Made by a program: the position numbers and the translations under genes
Origin: Candidatus Eiseniibacteriota bacterium
GTDB taxonomy: Bacteria > Eisenbacteria > RBG-16-71-46
Length of the DNA: 64,000 nucleotides
Assembly (NCBI GenBank): GCA_044223005.1
Contig: JBGAML010000014.1
Coordinates: 32,001-96,000 of the forward strand
Direction of reading: 5' to 3'
In this document: piece by piece, positions 7,679 through 18,005 of the stretch
Position numbering within the stretch: the first letter of the stretch is position 1
Layout of the letters: every line of letters starts with the position of its first letter
Notes under the pieces: generated by a model
The model's input: the letters and a program-made list of their open reading frames with translations, nothing else
What the model was told of the DNA's origin: nothing
Database searches by the model: none

Positions 7679-10600
7679 TCAGCGAGTGACGATGGCCCGG
7701 GCGGAGATCTGCCGCGACGCCTGGATGAGGGTCGCCCAGTAGACTCCGGGTGGAATCGAGGCGGTGTCGAACAGCAGTTCGCGTGCGCCCGACGCGGGAA
7801 CAGTGAAGTGCTGGCTCGCGACCCTCCTTCCGGTGACATCGACGAGGTCCAGCCTTGCCGCACCCGCACCCGGGAGTTCGACGCCGAAGCGAAGCCTGCC
7901 GGTGTCGTTCCCGGCCAGCAGGCGAAGCGCGAAGCGGGGAGAGTCGGGAAGATCGACCCACACCTGTCCGAAGAACTGTTCCCCCGAAGGTGTCGGGATG
8001 CCGATGCGGTATTCGTAACTCCGGCCCGGAAGCGCGGCGAGATCGGTCCAGCGCAGCAGCCCGTTCGGATCCGCGGTGATGGTGCCCGCAGGCTCCCATC
8101 CGCCCGGGACCGGCCTCCGGTAGAGACTCATGGACTCGTTCGCACCGTCGGGCGAATACCAGGTGAGGCGTGGGTGGCCCTCCACGATCTCGGATCCGAC
8201 CAGCGTGACCACGGTCGCAGTCGAGGGATCGACGGCTCGATCCCAGATTCCCCGTCCATAGGTCGCGATGCGCAGGATCCGTTGCGAGGGCTGCAGCGAC
8301 ATGCCGAAGACGGCGACCACGGGCATGCCGGTCGTGTAGGGCGACCAGGAAAGGCCACCGTCCTCGCTCGCGAAGACGCCGATGTCGGTACCCGCCCACA
8401 GCCGTGACGGCTCCTGGGAATCCACCTCCAGGGCGTTCAGGGGAACGTCCGGCAGGCCGGAGCCCGAAGGAACCCAGGTCGGCGATCCTGTCCGGAGGTT
8501 CGAGGTCTTCCAGAGGTGATGTCCATCGGGTATCCCGAAACCACCGAAGCACACGTACGCGATGTCCGGATTCGTCGGATCGATCGCGACCCGCGCGACG
8601 TACTTCGAGAGGGGCATGGCCGGACTCGTCCAGTCCTGGAGCACGTTCGAGCCCGTCACGGTGCCCATGATCCTGACGTTCACGCTCCCGCCGCTGACAA
8701 CGTTGGTGTTGCTGGTCGCCACCAGCCGAATCGAGTCGTCGGACGCCGCGATGGCCACGGCGGTGATCGGGACCCCGACGCCGTTGATCGGGGCCTGGCT
8801 GACGGTCGGGTTCGTCGATCCGCCATCCACCGACCGGTGCAGCCGATCGGTCGCGAAGTAGATCGTATTGAACGGAGTCCCGGGTCCACGCACCAGCGGC
8901 GCGAGATAATCGCAGTACTCGGTCAGGGCGATCCCGTTTGCGCCGTTGCCCACCATCTCCCACTGCCCATCGGTCGCCCTCGAGGTGTTCGTCGCGCGCA
9001 CGTACGCCACCAGCGAGGCGCGGAGCGTGAAGTACGTGTGATACATCCTCACGTTCGTCATGTCGGTGGCATTCTGGTCGATCACCACCGCGCCACCATC
9101 TCCGTAGTCCGCCCGGAACCACGATCCGCCGGGCTGGAGCCAGTTCGTGCCGTTGTCCTGGGTGCCGCCGAGCGTGAACAGGCCATCGAGCGGATGCGTG
9201 GCGACGCTGTAGAACTGCGTGGCACTCACGCCGGAGTTGAGGCTCGCCCAACTCGCGCCACCATCGAGGGACTTGTAGATCCCGCCGTCGTTGGCCTCAT
9301 AGACGATGGAGGGATCCGACGGAGCGAACGCGATCGCGTGTGCGTCCGCATGCAGGCCGGCATCGGCCGAACCGGGAGCGCTGAAGGTCGCCCCACCGTC
9401 GGTGGAGCGAGCGAAGACCCGGGAGCACGTGCCATTGGCGGACCCCCCGATGAGGATCACGTCCGGGTCGGTCGGGCTGAGCGCGATGGGAATGTCGTAG
9501 AAACACTGTTGTCCGCAGAATCCGCCCCCGCCGAAGAGCTTGGCGGACCAGCTGACGCCCCCGTCGAGAGACCGGCGAAGGCACCCGTTCGCCGTGGTGC
9601 ATCCCGTGCCGTTGGCCAGTTCGCCCGTCGCGACGAGCATCAGCGTCGAGCCACCGGCGCGAGTGACCGCGAACGCTCCCCGGGCACTGTTCGTGGTCGT
9701 CGAGAAGGTCTGCGTGAACGTCGGATGGGCCGCTTTCGCGTCCGTCGTGCGCCAGATCCCGCCGTCGAGCAGGACCGAGGTGCCCAGGACCCAGCAGACG
9801 ATCGTGTTGTACGAAGGATCGGCCGGGTCGTACTCCATGTCGTTGACGATGCGATCGCCGGTCGTGTCAGGCGGAATGCTGGCCTGGCGCAGGACCGTAA
9901 GCTTCGCGAAGTCGGGGTTCTCGGACGTGGCATTGGTCGAGCGGTAGATGCCCCGGATCGCCATGGCCGGCGGCGCCGCGTCGAGGAACTCCGCTCCAAC
10001 CCCTCCGCGGCCGCTTCCGGTGGAGACGAACACGATCGCCGGGTCGTTCGGGTCTACCAGGATCCGGCTGATCGACCGGCCGGTGAACGTGTGCGCGCCG
10101 ATCACGTCCGTCGTCGGCACCGGATCGAAGGGCCCGTGGAGCACGGCGGCACCGGCGGGGTCCTCGATGCGGTACAAGCCGACGCCGAAGAACCCGCTTC
10201 CGAAGTTGGCCTCTCCCGTCCCGACGTAGAGGATCGAAGGATCCGATGGCGCCAGCGCCAGCGAGCCGATTGCGAGCGATGCTGCCGTGTCGAATATCGG
10301 TGTCCAATTAGCGCCACCGTCGAGTGTCCGCCAGACGCCGCCCAGCGCGGCCCCGATGTAGACGATGTCGGGGTTCGTCGGATGGACCACGATGGCCGTG
10401 ATGCGTCCGCTGACGGACGTGCTGATGGCGGTCGTCTGTCCGTTCGGGATCGGCGCCGGACCGACCGGTTCCCAGTGCGACGACGCCGTGAACGGCACCT
10501 GACGACCGACCTGGAGCTTCATCCGGGCGATGGCGTCCAATCGCGCGTGCAGCGCGTCTCCGTCGCCGCTGCTCATGCGCCGCGCGAGATAGAGTTCGCG

Positions 10601-10795
10601 CAGCCGGAGAATCTCGGCCTTGTCGAACGCACCCGCGATTCCCGCGGGGACGTCCGGGTCGGCTTCGAACGCCGCGATGACGGAGGGCCCGGGGGCGATG
10701 GACGCACGAGTCGCCGGAGCTGATTCGGCCGGGGCGCCGTGCCAACCCATCACGATTCCGATGACGACCAGGCACGGGAACAATACGCGGCGCAT
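7679..10795 (-). CDS. Large secreted BNR/Asp-box beta-propeller protein (VPS10/sialidase-like) with FlgD/T9SS-like C-terminal domain
   Basis: Signal peptide; many S/TxDGGxxW Asp-boxes; SGRITAIVVHP; C-terminal LVDVTGRRVA...PGVYWATL. Confidence 0.8.
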   Translation of the reverse strand: MRRVLFPCLVVIGIVMGWHGAPAESAPATRASIAPGPSVIAAFEADPDVPAGIAGAFDKAEILRLRELYLARRMSSGDGDALHARLDAIARMKLQVGRQVPFTASSHWEPVGPAPIPNGQTTAISTSVSGRITAIVVHPTNPDIVYIGAALGGVWRTLDGGANWTPIFDTAASLAIGSLALAPSDPSILYVGTGEANFGSGFFGVGLYRIEDPAGAAVLHGPFDPVPTTDVIGAHTFTGRSISRILVDPNDPAIVFVSTGSGRGGVGAEFLDAAPPAMAIRGIYRSTNATSENPDFAKLTVLRQASIPPDTTGDRIVNDMEYDPADPSYNTIVCWVLGTSVLLDGGIWRTTDAKAAHPTFTQTFSTTTNSARGAFAVTRAGGSTLMLVATGELANGTGCTTANGCLRRSLDGGVSWSAKLFGGGGFCGQQCFYDIPIALSPTDPDVILIGGSANGTCSRVFARSTDGGATFSAPGSADAGLHADAHAIAFAPSDPSIVYEANDGGIYKSLDGGASWASLNSGVSATQFYSVATHPLDGLFTLGGTQDNGTNWLQPGGSWFRADYGDGGAVVIDQNATDMTNVRMYHTYFTLRASLVAYVRATNTSRATDGQWEMVGNGANGIALTEYCDYLAPLVRGPGTPFNTIYFATDRLHRSVDGGSTNPTVSQAPINGVGVPITAVAIAASDDSIRLVATSNTNVVSGGSVNVRIMGTVTGSNVLQDWTSPAMPLSKYVARVAIDPTNPDIAYVCFGGFGIPDGHHLWKTSNLRTGSPTWVPSGSGLPDVPLNALEVDSQEPSRLWAGTDIGVFASEDGGLSWSPYTTGMPVVAVFGMSLQPSQRILRIATYGRGIWDRAVDPSTATVVTLVGSEIVEGHPRLTWYSPDGANESMSLYRRPVPGGWEPAGTITADPNGLLRWTDLAALPGRSYEYRIGIPTPSGEQFFGQVWVDLPDSPRFALRLLAGNDTGRLRFGVELPGAGAARLDLVDVTGRRVASQHFTVPASGARELLFDTASIPPGVYWATLIQASRQISARAIVTR

Positions 10796-11095
10796 GCGAC
10801 GAACTCCTCGAGGATCCCGGTCCGGATCGATCGATTCCGTGCGAACACGCTCGCCCAAGGGCGAATACGAAACGTACGGACATGATCTTACTCCCCGCGT
10901 GAAAGGAAATCGCGGCGAGAAGGAGACCTGGGCTCCGCTCGCTCGTGCCACCGGCTGCCAGCGCGCGGCCGGCCCCGCGCCCCTCAACTCCCCCGCTCAC
11001 CCGGCCGAAAACCCCTGCGAACGCGTGCGGCCCGGGGCAGCGACGTCCCGGTCGGCGCGCGTCGGCCCTGCCCTCGGAAGACAGGGAGTCGCAGC

Positions 11096-11884
11096 ATGGC
11101 GGCGATCGCGACCTCGCCCCGCGTACGGGCGAAGGACTTCGACACGGACTGGCTCCCCGCCCGTACCGCGGAGTTCCACGAAGCGTTCCGCATCCACCGC
11201 AAGCTCTGGGAGTTCGCGGTGATCGCGCAGGTCTACCTCGACGAGATCGGCCAGGGCGGCACGGCGCTGGGCTTCGGCTGCGGGCGCGAACCTCTGCCGG
11301 CGTGGCTCGCGAACCGCGGCTGCCGCGTGATCGCGACCGACGTCGAGCTCGAGAACGCGGACGACTGGGTGGGCTCGAAGCAGCATTCGGGCGGCCTCGC
11401 CGACCTGCCGGTCGAGGGCATCTGCGATCCGGCCCGCTTCCGCAAGCTCGTCTCCTTCATGCCCATGAACATGAACGAGATTCCCGAGACGTTCCTGCAG
11501 GGCACGTTCGACTTCACGTGGTCCGCGGGCTCGTTCGAGCACATTGGGGGCATCGAGAAGAGCCTGCAGTTCTTCCTCAAGCAGATGCAGTGCCTGAAGC
11601 CCGGCGGGCTCGCGGTGCACACGACCGAGTTCAACTTCGCGAGCAACACGCGCACGATCGAGACGAACAACCTCGTGCTGCTCCGCCAGCGCGACTTCGA
11701 GGACCTCGAGCGTCGTCTGGCGGCCCAGGGCGACGAACTTTGGCCGCTGGACCTGGTCCGCGGCGACCAGCCGGCCGACCTGTACGTTGACCCGTGGCCC
11801 TACACGGGAGAGCATCACCTCAACCTCGAGGTGGTCGATCAGGTGAGCACGTCGATCCTGCTCGTCGCCCGTCGCGGCGGCTGA
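11096..11884 (+). CDS. Class I SAM-dependent methyltransferase
   Basis: ALGFGCG motif I, VIATD, FDFTWSAGSFEH, LKPGG. Confidence 0.85.
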   Translation: MAAIATSPRVRAKDFDTDWLPARTAEFHEAFRIHRKLWEFAVIAQVYLDEIGQGGTALGFGCGREPLPAWLANRGCRVIATDVELENADDWVGSKQHSGGLADLPVEGICDPARFRKLVSFMPMNMNEIPETFLQGTFDFTWSAGSFEHIGGIEKSLQFFLKQMQCLKPGGLAVHTTEFNFASNTRTIETNNLVLLRQRDFEDLERRLAAQGDELWPLDLVRGDQPADLYVDPWPYTGEHHLNLEVVDQVSTSILLVARRGG

Positions 11885-11926
11885 GCGAGCGATGGCCTCC
11901 CGCCCCGCCTCGGGGCGGGAGGTCTC

Positions 11927-13288
11927 ATGCGACTCGAACGACTCCGCTGCTTCGCTCCACTGCTGCTTGCCACGACGCTCGTGGCCGCTCCCCGGCATGA
12001 TGCTCTCGCCCGCAATGCCCTCCAGCAGCCGTTCTCGGCCTACTCGATCTGGAACACGCCGATCGGAGCGAACGCGCACTACGTCCCGGCGGGATTCGAC
12101 ACGACCGTGTGGGCCGGCGTCGACGTGGAATGGTGGGTCGTGACGGCTCCCGGTGATCCACGCCGCACGATTTGGAACGACCTCGCCGGCTGGAGCACGC
12201 ATCGCTGCGCGGGTACGAATGGCCCGACCGACTCGACGGCCTTCCCGGACCCGGTCGTCGTGCCGGACGTGAGCGGCGGCAACACGCCGAACAACTGCGC
12301 GGCGATTCTGCAACCCGACGGCCGCACGCTGGTCCAGGTCAACGCACTCGCGCGCTGCGCCGCCGCGGGCCCCGTCTATGGCGTGCCCACGGGAGTGCGC
12401 GAGGACCTCTACGGTCTCGGCGTGACCGGCGGCCACGGCGGCTCGCTGCTCTCCAGCATCGGAGGCACGCTGCGCATGGGCGAACTCGTGTCCGCGGACT
12501 CGATCCGTCACGCGCTCAAGCTCGTCGCGCCTTGCTGGAAGTACGCGTGGCCGGACAGCGGCGGCTACCGATGGCCGGCGGCCAAGAGCGACGACTGCAC
12601 GAGCCACGACTGCACCGCGACGCGCTACCACGGCTCGAATCCCGCCGTCCGGATGGGCGCCCTCGTTGCGATTCCCTGGAACACGACGGAGGCTACCTTC
12701 GGACTCGAGACCGAGGTGGGTCACAAGCTGTTCCGCGCCCTGAAGAGCTATGGGGCCTATCTCGTGGACGACTCGGGCGTCGGCTGGGGAGCGTTCTCCC
12801 TCTGTATGGAACGCGGTGCTCGGGAGGAGGCTCAATCGCATTTCGGCTACACCGTCGACACCAACGACACGACCTCGCCCTACTTCCGAGACTTCCTGCG
12901 GTTGCTGCGCGCGCTGAACGTGGTCGACAACAACGCACCCGGCTCGATCGGCGGCGGCGGTTCGCTCCGAGCGCCGCGCGCCGCCGATCTCGTGCCACCG
13001 GCGGACGCTCCGATGCCGACGACCGCGCCGTTTTCGCTGACCGTCCGCGGCGCACCCACGGCGGCGGGCGTCCTCGAACTCGAGATGTCGGGTCCGGGCG
13101 GGGTTCCCTGTGACCTCACGATCTTCGGGATCGACGGACGCCGAATCGAGACGCTCCACCGTGGTGCGCTCGAGGGTGGTCGTCTCGTCGTCCGCTGGGA
13201 CGCTTCATCGCTCGCGCCCCAGGTGTGCTTCGCGCGCCTGACTTCACCTCAGGGCACGCTCGTTCGCAGGATCATTCGCCTGCGCTGA
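11927..13288 (+). CDS. Secreted hypothetical protein with FlgD/T9SS-like C-terminal domain
   Basis: Signal peptide; QPFSAYSIWNTPIG, ALKSYGAYLVDD; C-terminal IFGIDGRRIETL...VRWDA. Confidence 0.7.
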   Translation: MRLERLRCFAPLLLATTLVAAPRHDALARNALQQPFSAYSIWNTPIGANAHYVPAGFDTTVWAGVDVEWWVVTAPGDPRRTIWNDLAGWSTHRCAGTNGPTDSTAFPDPVVVPDVSGGNTPNNCAAILQPDGRTLVQVNALARCAAAGPVYGVPTGVREDLYGLGVTGGHGGSLLSSIGGTLRMGELVSADSIRHALKLVAPCWKYAWPDSGGYRWPAAKSDDCTSHDCTATRYHGSNPAVRMGALVAIPWNTTEATFGLETEVGHKLFRALKSYGAYLVDDSGVGWGAFSLCMERGAREEAQSHFGYTVDTNDTTSPYFRDFLRLLRALNVVDNNAPGSIGGGGSLRAPRAADLVPPADAPMPTTAPFSLTVRGAPTAAGVLELEMSGPGGVPCDLTIFGIDGRRIETLHRGALEGGRLVVRWDASSLAPQVCFARLTSPQGTLVRRIIRLR

Positions 13289-13309
13289 GCCGACCGCTGC
13301 GCGCCCCCG

Positions 13310-14683
13310 TCAGCGCTTCGCGTCCGCGAGCCGCAGCAGCGTCAGCGCGACGCGCCGGGCGTTGCGCGGCAGCACGCGCAGGTTGGCGGTCTCGCGATCG
13401 GTGTGGCCGCCGCCGCCCGAGAGCCCGACGCCGTCCATCACCATGGGCACGATCTCGCCCACGTGCGACACGTCGGCGGCGCCGGCGTCGTCGGGGTTGG
13501 TGGCCGTCACGGGTCCGTAGCCGAGGTCCTCGCTCGCGCGGCTGAACGTGGCGAGCAGCCGCTCGTGCGCGGGTGAACTCGGCAGCGCCGGATAGCCCTC
13601 GCCGAACGTCAGCGTGGCGTCCGTCATGGGCAGGTGCCTCGCGGCGATGCGCCGCAGGGTGGCCTGCGCGCGCTCGAACTGCTCGCGCGTCAGCGCGCGC
13701 AGGTCGCCGCTCACGTACGTGCTCTCGGCGACGATGTTGGCCTTGCCGGTCGCGCTCCCCCGGCCGCCCGGCTCGGGCGTGGCGTGGCCGCCGCCCAGCG
13801 CGAGTCCGGGATTGATCGTCAGGTGCGGCTCGCCGCGCAGCGAGTCACGGAACGCGGCGAGGATGCGCGCCATCTCGTAGATCGCGCCGTCGCCCACGCT
13901 GTCGCGGAAAATCTGCGATGAATGCGCGGCGTGTCCGGTGGTGCGCAGCGTCCAGCCGTACGAGCCGCGCCGCGCGATGAGCGCTTCGCGCGGGTCGTCG
14001 GAGCCGTCCTCGAACCCGAGCGCGACGTCGCAACCGCGCGCGGCCTCCAGCAGCGCGGCGTTCCGCAGCTCGCGCGGTGTGCCGGAGCGCTCCTCGTCGC
14101 CCATGAGCGCGAAGCGCACGTCGAAGCGATCCAGCGCCCTCGCGGCGGCGAGCGCGCGCAGCGCGAGCAGCGCGACCACGTCGCCGCCCTTCATGTCCGA
14201 CGTGCCGGGGCCCGACACGGTCGAGTCGTCGAGCCGCCGCCAGTGCTGGAACGGCGAGTCGCGCTCGAACACGGTGTCGAGATGCCCGACGAGCAGCACC
14301 TTGAGCTTCGCGTGCCGGCCGGGACGTGTCGCGACCAGGTGCCCGGCGCGGCCCCACGCGGTGCCGTCGATCCAGCGCACCTGGAAGCCGAGCGCGGTGA
14401 GATCGGGCGTCAACTGGTCGGCGACGGCGCGCACGCCCGAGAAGTTCATGGTGCCGCTGTTCTGGTCGACCATGCGCTCGAGCAGTTCAGTGGCGGCTGG
14501 AACGCCGGCGTCGACGGCGGCGACGACGCGTTGCTCGAGCGGTGAGAGCGCAGCCGCCCGCGCCGCGTGCGGGACGAGCCCGGACACGAGCGCCGCGGCC
14601 GCGAGCCACGCCGCGGCTCGCACCGCGGTGGGGGCTCCGGGTACGACGCGGACGCCGGGGAGCGCTTCGATCCATCGCGGCAT
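13310..14683 (-). CDS. Exported M20 family metallopeptidase (glutamate carboxypeptidase-like)
   Basis: GHLDTVF, GPGTSDMKGG, DEE, GGHT metal-ligand motifs; signal peptide. Confidence 0.88.
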   Translation of the reverse strand: MPRWIEALPGVRVVPGAPTAVRAAAWLAAAALVSGLVPHAARAAALSPLEQRVVAAVDAGVPAATELLERMVDQNSGTMNFSGVRAVADQLTPDLTALGFQVRWIDGTAWGRAGHLVATRPGRHAKLKVLLVGHLDTVFERDSPFQHWRRLDDSTVSGPGTSDMKGGDVVALLALRALAAARALDRFDVRFALMGDEERSGTPRELRNAALLEAARGCDVALGFEDGSDDPREALIARRGSYGWTLRTTGHAAHSSQIFRDSVGDGAIYEMARILAAFRDSLRGEPHLTINPGLALGGGHATPEPGGRGSATGKANIVAESTYVSGDLRALTREQFERAQATLRRIAARHLPMTDATLTFGEGYPALPSSPAHERLLATFSRASEDLGYGPVTATNPDDAGAADVSHVGEIVPMVMDGVGLSGGGGHTDRETANLRVLPRNARRVALTLLRLADAKR

Positions 14684-14900
14684 GGGACTCCTCCCCTGGA
14701 GGGTTCGGTCGCCGGCGCCGGGCGCCGGGCGGCGCAGTATCGCAGACCGGGGCGCCGGCGGGCAGCACCGACCGGCGCACGGAGGCCCGGAGGCCGCGTC
14801 CGTGGACTGGCGGGCCGCGGCGACGAACGCGGGTGCTACCCTGCCGCTCGTTCCACTGCCCGCGGCCGGGCAGCCGTGCCACCATCACCCGAGAGCGCCC

Positions 14901-16787
14901 ATGAAGATCCCGTACCGCCGCATCGGTTCACTCCTCGCCCTCCTGCTCGTCGCCGCGCCGATGGCGCACGCCGCCGAGCGTTCCACGGTCGATCCGAAGT
15001 ACACGTGGGATCTCTCCGCCCTCTATCCCTCCGACGCCGCATGGACGCAGGCCAAGGACGCGCTCGCGAAGCGCATTCCCGAACTCGCCAAGCTCCGCGG
15101 CACGCTCGGCACATCCGCGGGCTCGCTGTACGACGGCGTCGCCGCGATCATGGACTGCCAGCGCGAACTGGACCGGATCGACGCCTACGCGTCGCAGCGC
15201 GCCGACGAGGACGAGCGCGACGGTACGCATCGCGAGATGCGCCAGGCCGCCGGGCAGCTCGGCGTCGCGATGCGCACGGCGATCGCGTGGGCGCGCCCCG
15301 AGATCATCGCGCTCGGGCCGGACAAGGTGAACGGCTTCGTCGCCGCGGATGCGCGGCTCAAGCCGTTCGCGCACTACCTGCAGGACCTCACCCGCTTCAC
15401 GCCGCACACGGGCACCGCGGACGAGGAGAAGATCATCGCCAGCGCGAGCCGCATGGCGCCCGCGGGCGGCGGCATCCGCAACGTGTTCAACAACGCCGAG
15501 CTGCCCTGGCCCACCGTGACGTTGTCCACGGGCGAGACGGTGCGCCTCGACGACGCGGCCTACACGCAGTATCGCGCCGCGGCCGTACGCGCGGACCGCG
15601 ACACGGTCTTCCACGCCTTCTTCCGCGCGCACCAGCAGTTCATCGGCACCTTCGGCGCGGCCCAGAACGCGGCGGTCCAGGCGCACGAGTTCACGGCGAG
15701 CGTGCGGCACTACGACTCGGCGCTGCAGGCGGCGCTGTTCGGCGACAACATCCCGACGACCGTCTACACGCAGCTCCTGGACGACGTGCACCAGAACCTG
15801 CCGACGCTCCACCGCTACCTCAAGCTGCGGCAGAAGATGATGGGCCTCTCCGAGCTGCGCTACGAGGACCTCTACGCGCCGATCGTGAAGGACGTCGACC
15901 TGCACTACACGCCCGAGCAGGCGATGGATCTCGTGCTCGCGGCCGTGGCCCCGCTCGGCAGGTCGTACGTCGACACGCTGAACATGGGCTTCCACTCGCG
16001 CTGGGTCGACTGGTTCCCGAGCACGGGCAAGGCGTCGGGCGCGTACAGCAACGGCGCATACGGCGTGCATCCCTACCAGCTCCAGAACTTCACCGGACTG
16101 TACGACGAGGTGAGCACGCTCGCGCACGAGTCGGGCCACTCGATGCACACGTTCCTCGCCATGCAGAAGCAGCCGTACGTCAGCGCGGACTACGCGACGT
16201 TCGTGGCCGAGGTGGCGTCGACGTTCAACGAGAACCTGCTGCTGCACTACATGCTCGACCACACGAAAGACCGCGCGACGCGGCTCTTCCTGCTGGGCAG
16301 CGCGCTCGAGAACCTGCGCACGACGCTGTTCCGCCAGGCGCTCTTCGCCGAGTTCGAGCTGGCCATGCACGAGAAGGTCGAGCGCGGCGAGCAGCTCTCG
16401 GGCGAGGGCCTCTCGAAGCTCTACCTCGACATCGTGCGCCGCTACTACGGGCACGATGCCGGGGTGTGCAAGGTCGACGAGCTCTACGGCACCGAGTGGT
16501 CGTACATCCCCCACTTCTATCGCAACTTCTACGTGTTCCAGTACGCGACGAGCATGGTGGCCTCCACCTCGCTCGCTTCGGGCGTGCGCGCGGAAGTCGC
16601 GGCGAAGAAGGGCACGGCGAAGCGCGACGCCTACCTGAACATGCTGGCGTCGGGCTCGTCCAAGTACCCGATCGAGCTCCTGCGCGACGCGGGCGTGGAC
16701 ATGACGACGCCTGCGCCGTTCGCCGCGGCGATGAAGGAGATGAACTCGATCATGGACGAGATGGAGAAGCTGCTCGCCACCAAGTGA
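14901..16787 (+). CDS. pepF: Oligoendopeptidase F (M3B) with signal peptide
   Basis: KYTWDLSALY, LAHESGHSMH (HExxH), FVAEVAST, IPHFY..FYVFQYA. Confidence 0.92.
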   Translation: MKIPYRRIGSLLALLLVAAPMAHAAERSTVDPKYTWDLSALYPSDAAWTQAKDALAKRIPELAKLRGTLGTSAGSLYDGVAAIMDCQRELDRIDAYASQRADEDERDGTHREMRQAAGQLGVAMRTAIAWARPEIIALGPDKVNGFVAADARLKPFAHYLQDLTRFTPHTGTADEEKIIASASRMAPAGGGIRNVFNNAELPWPTVTLSTGETVRLDDAAYTQYRAAAVRADRDTVFHAFFRAHQQFIGTFGAAQNAAVQAHEFTASVRHYDSALQAALFGDNIPTTVYTQLLDDVHQNLPTLHRYLKLRQKMMGLSELRYEDLYAPIVKDVDLHYTPEQAMDLVLAAVAPLGRSYVDTLNMGFHSRWVDWFPSTGKASGAYSNGAYGVHPYQLQNFTGLYDEVSTLAHESGHSMHTFLAMQKQPYVSADYATFVAEVASTFNENLLLHYMLDHTKDRATRLFLLGSALENLRTTLFRQALFAEFELAMHEKVERGEQLSGEGLSKLYLDIVRRYYGHDAGVCKVDELYGTEWSYIPHFYRNFYVFQYATSMVASTSLASGVRAEVAAKKGTAKRDAYLNMLASGSSKYPIELLRDAGVDMTTPAPFAAAMKEMNSIMDEMEKLLATK

Positions 16788-16825
16788 CGCTGCACGCCGC
16801 CGGGACGGCGCGCGCGAACGCGAAA

Positions 16826-16851
16826 CGGGCGGTGCCGCAAGGCACCGCCCG
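16826..16851. terminator. Hairpin between convergent genes (likely terminator)
   Basis: CGGGCGGTGCC-GCAA-GGCACCGCCCG. Confidence 0.6.
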
Positions 16852-16877
16852 ACGCGTATCCGGTGAGACGGACGGGA

Positions 16878-18005
16878 TCAGCCGACCGCGACGGGCTCCC
16901 CGGCGGCCGAGAAGTAGCGCGCTTCGAGCTCGCTCCAGCGCAGCACGCCGCCCGCGGATTCCGCGGTGTCCTTGCGCAGGCGCATGACCTCGTCCTGGTA
17001 CCACGCGATCACCGGCTGACCGATCCGCAGCGTCGCGAGGTCGGTCGCGAGCTCGGTGGGCTTGACCACGCACACCCAGCCACGGTCGTACGGGCTCGTC
17101 AGCACCAGCGAGGGTTCGCGCGTGAGATCGGGATTGGCCTGCGTGACCTTGCCGCCCACGGGCGCGCGGAAGCGCAGTAGTTCGTCGCCGCGCCGCGCCA
17201 CGAACAGCACGTCGCCGCGCTTGACCTGCGTGCCGATCGCCGGCAGCTCGATCCGCTCCAGCTTCTGCAGGGCCTTGCGCGCGAAATCGTCGAGCCCCAC
17301 GCAGACGCCGCCGTCGGCTTCGATCTGGGCCCACGCGTGGCCCGCGGACACGAACGCGCCACCGGGCACGCAGAACTCGTTGCCGGCCACGACCTCGGCC
17401 AGCGAAGGCGCGACGACGCGCACGGCAGGCCGGGTCTGCGCTTCGAGGCGGGCCTGACGCTTGATGAGCAGCCGGTTCGCGAACGCGACGAGCTCTTCTT
17501 CCGTGAACGGCTTCTGCACGTAGTCCACGGCGCCCTGGGTCATGGTCTCGACCGCGGTCTCGATCGTGCCGAAGCCGGTGATGACCGCGACGTCGAGGTC
17601 GGGACGCAGGTGCTTGACCGCCTTCACGACCTCGGTGCCTTCCATCACGGGCATCTTCAGGTCGGTGAACAGGAAGTCGTAGTCGTTCTGGCGCACCAGC
17701 GTGAGCGCCTCGGGGCCGGTCTCGACCGTGTCGACGCTGAAGCCGGCGAGCACGAGGATCTTGCGGAACGAATCGAGGATCACGGCCTCGTCGTCCACGG
17801 CGAGGATCCGCGCCCGGGCGTTCGGGACTTCGGCACGCTTCAGGGTCTTCGCCTCGCTCGCGAACGAGAGCTGCAGGCTGGTCTTGAGCACCGCCTCGCG
17901 CTCGCGGCGCTGGCGTTCGGCTTCCATGCGCTTGCCGATCGCGCGGACGGCGAAATCGATTCCGACGAAGACGACGCAGAGCAGCACGACGAGCAGAGCG
18001 GTCAT
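16878..18005 (-). CDS. Membrane-anchored response regulator fused to a GcvH-like (lipoyl-carrier fold) domain
   Basis: N-terminal TM; REC (ILAVDDE, FTDLKMP, KPF); GHAWAQ..VGLDDF..APVGGKV..N..PYDRGW. Confidence 0.8.
   Translation of the reverse strand: MTALLVVLLCVVFVGIDFAVRAIGKRMEAERQRREREAVLKTSLQLSFASEAKTLKRAEVPNARARILAVDDEAVILDSFRKILVLAGFSVDTVETGPEALTLVRQNDYDFLFTDLKMPVMEGTEVVKAVKHLRPDLDVAVITGFGTIETAVETMTQGAVDYVQKPFTEEELVAFANRLLIKRQARLEAQTRPAVRVVAPSLAEVVAGNEFCVPGGAFVSAGHAWAQIEADGGVCVGLDDFARKALQKLERIELPAIGTQVKRGDVLFVARRGDELLRFRAPVGGKVTQANPDLTREPSLVLTSPYDRGWVCVVKPTELATDLATLRIGQPVIAWYQDEVMRLRKDTAESAGGVLRWSELEARYFSAAGEPVAVG

Noticed and set aside
4649..13300. Integrative island at tRNA-Leu
   Set aside because: Gene content looks accessory, but I found no integrase and no duplicated tRNA 3' end (att) in the window. 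The compositional shift was not quantified.
13938..14900. N-terminal extension of PepF in the ORF track (likewise extended starts for rnfC, rnfD, rnfG, rnfE, iorB, korB)
   Set aside because: Extensions overlap neighbouring real genes. Downstream starts with signal peptides or 4-bp stop/start overlaps are better supported.
16878..17370. Glycine cleavage H protein (gcvH)
   Set aside because: No lipoyl-Lys, fused to a REC domain, and no gcvT/gcvP nearby.
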